DNA of 64,000 bases. Source: Nitrospirota bacterium. Its GTDB lineage: Bacteria > Nitrospirota > UBA9217. Positions 20,040-30,349 of this stretch are shown in pieces. Numbering within the stretch: position 1 is the stretch's first letter; each line of letters opens with the position of its first letter. The position numbers were made by a program, and so were the translations under genes. Location: positions 448,001-512,000 of the forward strand of contig CAVVUN010000015.1 in the NCBI GenBank assembly GCA_963751455.1, read 5' to 3'. The notes under the pieces were generated by a model. The model searched no databases, was not told the origin of the DNA, and was given only the letters and a program-made list of their open reading frames with translations.

Positions 20040-23000
20040 GAACGCAATAGAAAAATTCGCTATTGAAGTGCTTGGAGCTTTGGGCTGGGATTATCTGGCG
20101 GGAGTATCAATTGCGCCTGGAGCCGAGCACACTGAAAGAAAGAATTATGAGCAGGTGCTTTTAGTTGATAGGCTGAGAAAAGCTATAGCTCGCTTAAATC
20201 CCGCGATTCCCGACGCTGCCCGGGAGCAAGCCCTTCGTGAAGTCCAGCGTATCAATTCCCCAGAACTGCTTACCAATAACGAAACATTTCACCGTTTTCT
20301 TACCGATGGCGTCCCTGTTCAGTATCGCTTAAACGGCAGTGAGAAAAGCGATTATGTCTGGCTCATTGACTTTGCCAACCCTCTCAACAATGAATTCCAA
20401 GTAATCAACCAGTATACCGTTTTAGAGAACAACCAGAACAAGCGGCCCGATATTTTGCTCTTTGTCAACGGCATTCCCCTTGTGCTGATCGAGTTGAAGA
20501 ACGCGGCGGATGAAAACGCCACCACGCTGAAGGCCTTTGACCAGATACAGACTTATAAGGCCACTATCCCAAGCCTTTTCACCTTCAATGCATTCTGCGT
20601 CATTTCGGACGGTATGGAGTGCAGAGCGGGGAGTCTCTCTGCTGATTTCAGCCGTTATATGATATGGAAATCCGCGGATGGTAAATCGGAGGCTTCGCGG
20701 TTTGCTCCGCAGTTGGAAACCCTTTTAAAAGGGATGCTGAACCCCACTACGTTATTAGACCTTGTCCGCAACTTCATAGTATTTGAGAAATCAAAAAAGG
20801 AAGATCCCAAGGACAGGCTTAACGCAGGTCGTAACCGTTAAAAAGCTGGCTGCTTACCATCAATATTATGCGGTCAATAAAGCAGTTGAAAGTAGTCTTA
20901 AAGCGGCCTCTGAGGATGGAAACCGCAAGGGCGGCGTTGTGTGGCATACGCAGGGCAGCGGTAAATCCATCTCCATGGTTTTCTACACAGGCAAGATCGT
21001 GTTGAGCCTCAACAATCCTACCGTGGTGGTCATCACCGACCGCAATGACCTGGATGACCAGTTGTTCGATACCTTCGCGTCCTCAAAGCAGTTGCTCAGG
21101 CAGGAGCCGGTACAGGCAAAAGATCGCGAACATTTAAAAGAGTTGCTCAAAGTCGCTTCGGGCGGGATTGTGTTCACCACTATTCAAAAATTTCTTCCTA
21201 GTGCGGGCAAGGCGGAGCATGATCGGCTTTCAGACAGAAAAAACATCGTTGTGATCGCTGATGAAGCCCATCGGACGCAATACGGTTTCGAGGCAAAGCT
21301 AATTGATGAAAAAGACAAGATAACCAAAGAGGTGATCGGCAAGCGCATTGCGTATGGGTTTGCGAAATATATGAGAGATGCATTGCCCAATGCAACCTAT
21401 ATCGGGTTTACGGGCACTCCGATTGAAAATACGGACATCAACACGCCGGCGATATTCGGGCAATATGTCGATATATACGACATTGCGCAATCTGTCGCCG
21501 ACGGCGCAACCGTTAAGATTTACTACGAAAGCCGTCTGGCAAAAGTAAATCTCGATGATGAAGGCAGGCGCTTGATCTCAGAGTTCGACAAAGAGCTTGA
21601 AGAAGACGAAGAGGTAAGTGACAAGCAGCGAGCAAAAGCCAAGTGGACGAAACTCGAAGCTATTGTAGGCAACGAGCAAAGAGTAAAAAACCTCGCGAAA
21701 GACCTGGTTACGCATTTTGAGCAACGGCAGGCTGTATTTGAAGGCAAGGGCATGTTTGTCGCTATGAGCCGCAGGATCGCGGTTGATCTTTACAATGAAA
21801 TCATCAAGCTGAAGCCGGAATGGCATAGCGATGACCCAGCCAAGGGCGCGATCAAGGTTGTTATGACGGCATCCAGTGCCGATGGCCCGGTCATGCAGAA
21901 GCATCATACAACAAAGACCCAGCGCAAGGCTTTATCAGACAGGATGAAAGACCCGGCAGACCCTTTGAAGCTAGTCATTGTCCGGGACATGTGGCTCACG
22001 GGTTTTGACGCGCCCTGCTTGCACACGCTTTATGTTGATAAGCCGATGAGAAACCATACTCTCATGCAGGCAATCGCGAGGGTGAATAGGGTATTTAAAG
22101 ATAAGCCGGGCGGCCTGGTTGTGGATTACCTTGGTATCGCAACAGATCTGAAGAAAGCATTGGCGTTTTACTCTGATTCCGGTGGCAAAGGAGACCCGGC
22201 GGAGGGACAAGAAAAGGCAGTGCAGGCAATGCTGGAGAAGTTGGAAGTCGTGCGCCAGATGTTCTTTGAGAAAAGCAAGGCCACGGAAGCTATTTTGGTG
22301 GCGGAACCCGCCGCGTATTACGGCGAATATCCCGGAACCGGATTCAATTACCGCAGGTTCTTTACAGCAGCATCGAAAGAAAAACTCTCGATCATTCTGC
22401 AGGCCGAAGAACACATATTGGGCTTGGCCGGAGGTAAGGAGCGCTATATTAATGAAGTGACTTTGCTGAGCAAAGCTTTTGCCCTGTCCATACCCCATGA
22501 ACAGGCAATGGCGGTGAAAGATGAGATTGCGTTCTTTCAGGCAGTCAAAGCCAGGCTGTCAAAGTTTGTCGGTGACGGCTCAGGGAGATCGTATGCGGAG
22601 ATTGAAACGGCAATAAAGCAGATTGTCGATGAGGCGCTAAGTTCAGATAAGGTTGTCGATATCTTCGACGCCGCGGGGCTAAAGAAGCCGGAAATATCCA
22701 TTCTGTCGGAAGAGTTTCTGTTAGAGATAAAGGGGATGAAGCATCAGAACCTTGCTCTTGAATTGCTGAAAAAAATTCTGAATGACGAAATCAGAGCGCG
22801 CGCCAAAACCAATCTGGTAAAAAGCAAGGCGTTGCTTGAAATGCTCGAAACCGCTCTTAAAAAGTATCAGAATAATCTGCTTTCAACGGCGGAGATCATC
22901 CAGGAACTGATACAAATAGCAAAGGAAATCAAGGTTGCTGACCAGAGAGCGGTTAAGCTCGGTCTGTCTGAAGAAGAAATGGCTTTCTATGACGCGCTGG

Positions 23001-23257
23001 AGGTAAATGACAGCGCGGTGCAGGTGTTGGGCGATGAGACGCTGCGAATCATTGCACGGGAAGTCGCTGAGAAAGTACGGACTAATGCAACAATAGACTG
23101 GACTATCCGTGAAAGTGCAAGGGCAAAGCTAATGGTTGTCGTCAGGCGCACGTTGAATAAATACGGATATCCGCCGGACAAGCAGAAGAAGGCTGTTGAG
23201 ACGGTCCTGAAGCAAGCTGAGTTGCTGGCGGATCATTTTCTGCAAAATACTCTATAA
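20023..23257 (+). CDS. hsdR: Type I R-M restriction subunit (frameshift near 20811)
   Basis: [54 protein letters not shown]. Confidence 0.93.
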
Positions 23258-23344
23258 AGCGGTCCTTTATTGCCCGTCCTGATGACTTTTTTGGATTCCC
23301 CTAGCCACTTGAATTTCTCTCCCTGTCTATGATAGAGTTGCTGC

Positions 23345-25006
23345 ATGGCTACAGCGCTCATCATCTTCGTTATCACCTACATCTTCATCGGCTTGCGCCA
23401 GATCCCGCGCCTGCATATCAACCGTCCGGCTGGGGCGCTCGTAGGCGCAGTGCTGATGATCGTTTTCGGCGTACTTACGCTGGAGCAGGCGTTCGCAGCC
23501 ATTGACATGAATACCCTGTTGCTTCTGCTCGGGATGATGATCATCACCGTTTATTTGAGAGCAGCGGGATTTTTCGAATTGATGGCGGATCGTATCATCT
23601 CGCTCTCCCGTACTCCCCTGCAGCTCCTTACCCTTGTTGTCCTGTCCTCCGGGCTGCTTTCCGCCCTGTTTGTCAACGATACGATCTGCCTGCTGTATAC
23701 CCCGATCATCCTGGAGGTTGCCGTACAACTCAGTGTTAATCCGATGCCGTACCTGCTCGCGCTCGCGACATCCTCAAATATCGGGAGTGTCATGACAATC
23801 ACCGGTAATCCCCAGAACATGCTGATCGGGATTTATTCGAAAATTCCGTATCTGTCCTTTCTCGGGGCGCTTTTCCCCATTGCCTTTGCCGGACTTGTAA
23901 TCTGCGTTGTAGTGATCAGGTTTGTTTACCGGAAAGAGATGAACGCGGGTGCGTTCCCGCACAAGCCGAAGACGCCGGAATATCATATAAGGAAACCGCT
24001 GCTCGTAAAAGCGCTTTTCGTGTGCATTGCCGTGCTTATCGGGTTTTCAATGGGATATTCCTATTCGCTGGTAGCCGCGGCGGGCGCAGTTACTCTGTTG
24101 CTGGTCGGCGGCGTGAGCACGGAAGCCATCCTCGAAGAAGTGGACTGGACCCTGCTCCTGTTCTTTTCGGGGCTATTCGTCGTTATGCACGGTGTCGAAA
24201 CATCGGGTCTTGCCGGAGCTGTAATCGGAAAGATGGGGGACCTCACAGCGTATTCTCCTGCAGGCAGTATTGCCTTCCTCTCCGCAGTCTCCGCGGTGCT
24301 TTCCAATCTCGTAAGCAACGTACCCGCAGTTATGCTTCTGAAGCCTCTCACAGAATCACTTGGAAGCGGATATTTTTTCTGGCTTGCACTCGCCATGAGC
24401 AGCACCCTGGCCGGAAATCTTACCCTTATCGGCTCGGTCGCAAACCTTATCGTGGTCCAGCAGGCGAGGCGAAGAGTCGAGATCGGCTTCATGGAATATT
24501 TCCGGGTAGGCGCGCTTATTACGGTGGCGACTGTGGCGATAGGAATTTTGGTATTGGCGATAGAAGTGAGAATCGCGCATAGCGCAGAGAGCATGGCGCA
24601 TAGCGAAGAAATAATAAAACAGGATCAAAAAAACAAGTTAGAGGTGACGGTTACTCCAGCCGATTCCACAGGTACTGCACGGACGTACCGGGTCGTCCTT
24701 TATTGCGATACAGATGAGGAAAGGGCCACGGGCCTGCAAGGCTTCAGGCAGCTCGCCCGCGATGAAGCAGCCCTGTTCATTTTTGACAAGCCGGAGGAGA
24801 CGAAGTTCTGGATGGGGACTGTCACGTTTCCGATTGACATAATTTTCGTGGATCCCGATAATAAAGTCGTTCGATTATATCGTGATCGCAGACCGGGCAG
24901 CCGGGACCTCTACCCTTCAATCGAGAAGGTCAAATGGGTGATAGAGACAGCAGCAGGGTCGGGGATAAAGGCAGGGGACAGGGTGAGCTTCATAACCCCT
25001 AATTGA
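23345..25006 (+). CDS. CitMHS/ArsB-type anion transporter fused to a C-terminal DUF192-like domain
   Basis: FVNDTIC, SNIGS..TGNPQN, VSNVPAV, GSVANLIV; then ERATGL..FWMGTVTFPIDIIF..VIETAAG. Confidence 0.8.
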   Translation: MATALIIFVITYIFIGLRQIPRLHINRPAGALVGAVLMIVFGVLTLEQAFAAIDMNTLLLLLGMMIITVYLRAAGFFELMADRIISLSRTPLQLLTLVVLSSGLLSALFVNDTICLLYTPIILEVAVQLSVNPMPYLLALATSSNIGSVMTITGNPQNMLIGIYSKIPYLSFLGALFPIAFAGLVICVVVIRFVYRKEMNAGAFPHKPKTPEYHIRKPLLVKALFVCIAVLIGFSMGYSYSLVAAAGAVTLLLVGGVSTEAILEEVDWTLLLFFSGLFVVMHGVETSGLAGAVIGKMGDLTAYSPAGSIAFLSAVSAVLSNLVSNVPAVMLLKPLTESLGSGYFFWLALAMSSTLAGNLTLIGSVANLIVVQQARRRVEIGFMEYFRVGALITVATVAIGILVLAIEVRIAHSAESMAHSEEIIKQDQKNKLEVTVTPADSTGTARTYRVVLYCDTDEERATGLQGFRQLARDEAALFIFDKPEETKFWMGTVTFPIDIIFVDPDNKVVRLYRDRRPGSRDLYPSIEKVKWVIETAAGSGIKAGDRVSFITPN

Positions 25007-25048
25007 AAATTTCAAAATGCAAATTGCAAATTTAAAATTGAGGATTTT

Positions 25049-25804
25049 GTGATGGAACTGGGTTATCGCGTAATGAGGCCCGATGATGTCGGAAAACAGC
25101 CGCTTCAATTTGTGCAGATATCGCTGTGGCGACAGGCGGGTTGGGGCATAGCTGACGGAGAACGCGGCGTCAAAGAGGCCATTGAAATGGCGGCAAACTG
25201 TAAACGTCGGGGTATCCGAAGCGTTTTTCATCCGCTTGAATATTCGCTCTCGAACGAGAACGGACCTGAAACAGTGGATGTCATGCGGAGGCTTGCAGCG
25301 GCGGCTGATCTGGGCATCATTGTGCACGACGAGGGAAGGTCAAGACAGAGGCTTGGTTCAAGCGAGGCAGAACAGTATGAACGGAACGTGGCCGAAATCG
25401 GCAAACTTTGCCCTGTATCAATCGAAAATTCCTACAACTCAACTGATATCGCATGGTTTTGGGAACGGTTCGTAGTTCCGGCGCAGGAAAGCGTCTCAAT
25501 AACTCTCGATATCGGGCATCTTGAACTCGGCGGCATCGACTCGATTTCTTTTGTCCGCGATATGCCCCAGCGCCTGGTCAATCGTTTGAGATTTGTACAT
25601 ATGCATCATCACAACAGCGACGAGCGGAGCGACGTGAAAGATCATCGACCGCTCGTACCGGGTTGCCGGGAGATTGAAGCCCTCGAACTGCTTCTGCAAA
25701 GAAAGAGCGATATCTGGGTTGTGCTGGAACTTGATGCAGCAGACGAGGGAATGCGGCGGAGCATTGAAGTGTTGAAAAGGACTTTTGGAAACGATTCAAT
25801 CTGA
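25049..25804 (+). CDS. Xylose-isomerase-like TIM-barrel protein
   Basis: SIENS, TLDIGH, FVHMH, DH, VVLE metal ligands. Confidence 0.75.
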   Translation: MMELGYRVMRPDDVGKQPLQFVQISLWRQAGWGIADGERGVKEAIEMAANCKRRGIRSVFHPLEYSLSNENGPETVDVMRRLAAAADLGIIVHDEGRSRQRLGSSEAEQYERNVAEIGKLCPVSIENSYNSTDIAWFWERFVVPAQESVSITLDIGHLELGGIDSISFVRDMPQRLVNRLRFVHMHHHNSDERSDVKDHRPLVPGCREIEALELLLQRKSDIWVVLELDAADEGMRRSIEVLKRTFGNDSI

Positions 25805-26050
25805 GAAGACGTTGACGGAGCGGCTCCCAATGGATATTGTACCTGTCCCGAAATATCGGTTGTCGCCTGGGTTCCAGAAATTCAACCGGAACCTCCAAAA
25901 CGGACCTTCTCGCAACCGTTTTAAACATCCTTGTCGAGAAGTTGCATAGAAATACAGAAAACTGAATTATGTCTCCATCCATTCGGAAAAGAATAGTTTA
26001 TTTTCATGATTTTGTTGACTTTGTACGCTGTATCGGCATAATAGCCGGTT

Positions 26051-26929
26051 ATGAAACAAACACGGAATCTCTTTATGGCGTCTATTCAAGCAGCGTTCTT
26101 TCTGCTTGTTACAATGATATCGCCGCCCGGTCTGGATGCTTCCGGTGAAGCATTCATACGCATCGGCGGTACAGGCGGAGCATTGGGTGGTATAAAGGAA
26201 GTGGCCAGGGCATATCAGAAAAAGCATCCCCACGCGATTGTCAGCATTGCGCCCAGTCTCGGAAGCAACGGAAGCATAAAAGCGGTTCTGGCCGGCTCTC
26301 TGGATATCGCTCTGAGTTCACGGCCTGAAAACGATGAAGAGCGCAGACAGGGAGCGGTCTCCAGAGAATATGGACGAACGCCGATTGTCTTTGTTACTTC
26401 AGCAAAGGGAGCCCCGTCTGAGATATCGCTGCAGGAGCTGGTCTCTATTTATACCGGCCGGTTCCAAAGCTGGCCCGACGGGACTCCTGTCCGGCTGATA
26501 TTGCGGCCGGCGGGCGACACCGATTATATGTATCTCAGAGAAATGTCTCCCGAGATGAACACGGCGGTTCAGGCGGCCCTCTCGCGAGAGGGCATGGTAA
26601 CCGCTGTAACCGATCAGGAGAACCTTGATATTATTCAGCGCATACGGGGCGGATTCGGGGCCTCAACGCTGGCACAGGTAAAGAGTGAACAAAGACCGGT
26701 AAAGATTTTCCGGCTGAACGGAGTTACTCCGAGCCTTTCAAGCCTCAACGACGGATCTTACAGCTATTATAAATGCTTCTTTGCTGTTACCGGGATGCAG
26801 GTCAGGCCAGAGGTCCAAGCCTTTGTCGATTTTTTGAGTTCGAAACAAGGTCGCGCCATTCTTGTGAAAACCGGCCATCACGTTGGTCCATTCTCGTCCT
26901 GCCGCAACCGGTCCTGTTATAAAGAATGA
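26051..26929 (+). CDS. PstS-like substrate-binding protein
   Basis: IRIGGTG, SLGSNGSIKAV, DIALSSR. Confidence 0.8.
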   Translation: MKQTRNLFMASIQAAFFLLVTMISPPGLDASGEAFIRIGGTGGALGGIKEVARAYQKKHPHAIVSIAPSLGSNGSIKAVLAGSLDIALSSRPENDEERRQGAVSREYGRTPIVFVTSAKGAPSEISLQELVSIYTGRFQSWPDGTPVRLILRPAGDTDYMYLREMSPEMNTAVQAALSREGMVTAVTDQENLDIIQRIRGGFGASTLAQVKSEQRPVKIFRLNGVTPSLSSLNDGSYSYYKCFFAVTGMQVRPEVQAFVDFLSSKQGRAILVKTGHHVGPFSSCRNRSCYKE

Positions 26930-28962
26930 AAAAAACGACAACAAATATCATTAAAATAACGAATGTTCTCGCACTGGCATTGTCGCTGATCGTTGCCATT
27001 GGTGTACCCGCCGGTTATATCGTGCTCGTGTATGAATATCAGGCAACGGTGCTTAAGACCGAGGCCGCCTCTGAAGCGTACGAGGCGTCCCAGATCATAA
27101 GTTCGAATCCCGACTTCTGGCAGTTCGAGCAGCATCGCCTTTCGGAGTTTCTCTCTCGGCGCACCCCGGGTCAACCCTACGAAACACGCCGGATAGTGAA
27201 TGCCGAAAACAGGATTGTTGCAGAGAGTGTGCATGAAGAAGTCCTTCCGCCGTTGATGACCCGCACTCATGATTTGTATGATTCAGGCAAGAAGACCGCA
27301 AGGATCGAGATCACCCGCTCCCTTCGCCCGGCCCTTTCCGTCACATTTCTGCTCATGGTTATCGGTCTTTTTCTCGGGATCGGAATGCTTATCTTTCTCA
27401 GGAAATTTCCTTTAAGGGCGCTCTCGCAGGCGCTGCAATCCCTTCAGGAAAGCGAGGGCAAGTTCAGGGCCATGGCTTCAACGGCAGCGGATGGTATCAT
27501 AGTCATGGACAGTCGCGGCCTGATCACATACTGGAACTCCGCAGCCGAAAAGATCTTCGGATATTCATCCCCGGAAGCACACGGCAGGGAACTGCATATG
27601 CTGATCGCGCCGGAAAGGTACCGTGACGACTACAAAAAAGGGTTCAAGAAATTCGAGCGCTCTGGAGACGGCCCGGCAATCGGCAATACGCTCGAATTTA
27701 TGGCGCTTAGAAAAGATGGGACGGAATTCCCGATTGAGGTTTCTACATCCACCATTCCGGCAGCGGACCAATGGCACGCTGTCGGCATCGTTCGCGATAT
27801 TTCCGACCGCAAAAAGACCGAACAAGAGCTGCTGAAACTCGAGAAGCTGGAGTCGCTCGGAGTGCTTGCGGGCGGCCTGGCCCACGACTTCAACAACCTG
27901 CTTACAGTCATGATGGGCAATATTTCCCTTGCCATGCTGGACACGAACCCGGAAGACGGCCTGTATAGCCGGCTGACTAATCTTGGAGAGGCGGTCGTAA
28001 GGGCACAGGACCTCACGCGGCAGCTGCTGACTTTTGCCAAGGGCGGCGCCCCGATCAAGAATACCGTTCTGCTGCAGGCAATCATCGAGGAAGCATGCCG
28101 TTTTTCGCTCAGCGGATCGAATGTAAACTGCAGCTTCGTGTTCTCTCCTGACTTGAAACCCGCAGATGTCGATGCGGGTCAGATCGGGCAGGTCATGCAT
28201 AACCTGGTCCTGAACGCTGTTCAAGCCATGCCGAAAAGCGGAAAGATCGAAGTGCGGGCTTCCAATACGACGATCGGACCTCAGGACGGGTTTCCGCTCG
28301 TTTCGGGCCCGTATCTGCGGATATCGGTCCGTGACGAGGGGACGGGCATGCCGCAGCGGGACCTTTCCAAGATATTCGACCCGTATTTTACAACCAAGGA
28401 AAAAGGGAGCGGACTGGGATTGGCCACGTGCTATTCAATCATAAAGCGGCACGGAGGACACATCACGGTGCATTCCACCCGGGGTGAAGGTTCGGTCTTT
28501 ACGTTCTTTATACCGGCGTCCCTTCGGGAACCATCCGCCGACGAACCGCCTGAGCACGTTTTGGCAAAAGGCAAGGGAAAAGTGCTGGTCATGGATGATG
28601 AAAAAGCCTTCCGAATGGTTGTCGGAGAAATATTACAGGCCATCGGGTACGAATACGAACTGGCCAAAGACGGTGCGGAAGCAATAGACTTGTACCAAGC
28701 CGCGATGCTGTCGGGGCGCCCCTTTGACGCCGCAATAATGGACTTGACCGTCCCCGGCGGAATGGGCGGCAAGGAAGCAGTGAAAAGACTGATCGAGATA
28801 GACCCTAAGGTCAAGGCCATCGTGGCCAGCGGCTATTCGAACGACCCTGTAATGGCTGATTTTAAAGCTCACGGCTTCGTGGGCGTTATTGAAAAACCTT
28901 TCGACCTCCGCAGTCTGAACAGGGTACTGCAAGCTGTTCTCAATGTAAACTCTCCAAGCTGA
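26926..28962 (+). CDS. Membrane PAS hybrid sensor histidine kinase
   Basis: 2 TM, PAS/PAC, AHDFNNLL, FTTKEKGSGLGL, C-terminal receiver domain. Confidence 0.93.
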   Translation: MKKTTTNIIKITNVLALALSLIVAIGVPAGYIVLVYEYQATVLKTEAASEAYEASQIISSNPDFWQFEQHRLSEFLSRRTPGQPYETRRIVNAENRIVAESVHEEVLPPLMTRTHDLYDSGKKTARIEITRSLRPALSVTFLLMVIGLFLGIGMLIFLRKFPLRALSQALQSLQESEGKFRAMASTAADGIIVMDSRGLITYWNSAAEKIFGYSSPEAHGRELHMLIAPERYRDDYKKGFKKFERSGDGPAIGNTLEFMALRKDGTEFPIEVSTSTIPAADQWHAVGIVRDISDRKKTEQELLKLEKLESLGVLAGGLAHDFNNLLTVMMGNISLAMLDTNPEDGLYSRLTNLGEAVVRAQDLTRQLLTFAKGGAPIKNTVLLQAIIEEACRFSLSGSNVNCSFVFSPDLKPADVDAGQIGQVMHNLVLNAVQAMPKSGKIEVRASNTTIGPQDGFPLVSGPYLRISVRDEGTGMPQRDLSKIFDPYFTTKEKGSGLGLATCYSIIKRHGGHITVHSTRGEGSVFTFFIPASLREPSADEPPEHVLAKGKGKVLVMDDEKAFRMVVGEILQAIGYEYELAKDGAEAIDLYQAAMLSGRPFDAAIMDLTVPGGMGGKEAVKRLIEIDPKVKAIVASGYSNDPVMADFKAHGFVGVIEKPFDLRSLNRVLQAVLNVNSPS

Positions 28963-29086
28963 ATCCCCTTTTTGGCTGAAATTCCGGGATATAACCCTGA
29001 AAACTATCTAAAAACGCTTGTTTTTATGCTGCTTATTGTTTATAATATAAATTCATTTTCTATAAATAAATAGTGGAGGTTAGGCT

Positions 29087-29413
29087 ATGCCGGTGTATGA
29101 ATATGAGTGCGAAAGCTGCGGAGGCCGCTTCGAAGTAATGCAGAAATTCAGCGACCCGGCGATTGCGGAGTGCAAGCTCTGCAAAGCGGCAAAAGTGAGG
29201 AAAATCCTTTCTCCCACCGCGTTTGTCCTGAAGGGTTCCGGATGGTATGCTACGGATTACGCTTCCAAAGAGCGGAAAAAGGAGTGCGCCGAAAACAGCT
29301 GCAACGAGTCTAAGAAGGATGTCAAGCCTGCGGAAACGAAGAATGCCAAACCTGCGGAACCTGCGTGCTCCAGCGGCACCTGTCCATCGGGAGGGTGCGC
29401 GGCAAAAGGCTGA
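29087..29413 (+). CDS. FmdB-family zinc-ribbon protein
   Basis: MPVYEYECESCG..CKLC..LKGSGWYATDY. Confidence 0.92.
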   Translation: MPVYEYECESCGGRFEVMQKFSDPAIAECKLCKAAKVRKILSPTAFVLKGSGWYATDYASKERKKECAENSCNESKKDVKPAETKNAKPAEPACSSGTCPSGGCAAKG

Positions 29414-29419
29414 CCCCTG

Positions 29420-30190
29420 ATGGAGCCCATACACGTTCATATTCCGTATCCCCAACTGAAAGATTATTTCGAATTATTCCGGGTCCGCCGCTACGATCTC
29501 GAAATTTATTTTTCCGCGGCTGTGCTCGATCAGCTTGAGCGGCAGGACCTCGAAAAACTGAGCATGAGCCTGGATTGGAAGCCCGCGTTGACCCTTCATG
29601 CTCCTTTCATGGACCTTAATCCCGGAGCTGTGGACGCCATGGTCCGGTCCGCGACTCAGGTACGGTTCCGCCAGCTGCTGGACGTCGCAGCCATACTGAA
29701 GCCTCGTGCAGCCGTCTTTCATGCCGGGTACGACCGTTGGCGGTATGCGGGCAGGAAAGATATCTGGCTCGAGAACAGCATTGACACCTGGCGAATGGTT
29801 ACCGATGCGGCATCGAACATCGGAATGCGGGTAGCGGTTGAAAATGTGTTCGACGAAGACCCGGAGGCGCTTTTCTTGCTGATCGAAAAGATAGCGAAGC
29901 CCGACTTCGGGTTCTGTTTCGATGCCGGGCACTTTAATCTATTTTCCTCAGTTTCGATGGAGCAATGGTTCGCACGTCTCGGCCGATACCTGATCGAGGT
30001 GCATTTGCACGACAACGACGGAGCCGAGGATTCGCACTGGGCCATCGGGCGCGGCAAGATCGACTTCGAAAAGTTTTTCAGCCTCCGGCGAAAATACTCT
30101 CCCACCCCCGTCTATACCGTGGAGGCGCACAACAAGGAAGACATCCAGGTCAGTATCGAGAGAGTAAAGCATTTCCTGCGGGTGAAGTAG
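29420..30190 (+). CDS. Sugar-phosphate isomerase/epimerase (AP endonuclease 2-like)
   Basis: HAPFMDL, AVENV, FDAGH, HLHDNDG..DSH. Confidence 0.85.
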   Translation: MEPIHVHIPYPQLKDYFELFRVRRYDLEIYFSAAVLDQLERQDLEKLSMSLDWKPALTLHAPFMDLNPGAVDAMVRSATQVRFRQLLDVAAILKPRAAVFHAGYDRWRYAGRKDIWLENSIDTWRMVTDAASNIGMRVAVENVFDEDPEALFLLIEKIAKPDFGFCFDAGHFNLFSSVSMEQWFARLGRYLIEVHLHDNDGAEDSHWAIGRGKIDFEKFFSLRRKYSPTPVYTVEAHNKEDIQVSIERVKHFLRVK

Positions 30191-30314
30191 TTTCTTAAAC
30201 CGACCCTGCATCATGAAAAACCGGTCAAAGAAGCTGCAGGGACGATATACCAAGAGAAGTGAAAATAACTTTTTAAGAGAAAAGGAAGAACTCCGGTCTC
30301 TCAGACGGGTAACC

Positions 30315-30343
30315 TTGACACTCCAGCACTGTTACCTTAAACT
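30315..30343 (+). promoter_or_regulatory. Sigma70 promoter giving a probable leaderless mRNA
   Basis: TTGACA-17 nt-TAAACT, 6 nt before ATG 30350; no Shine-Dalgarno. Confidence 0.65.
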
Positions 30344-30349
30344 ATTATC

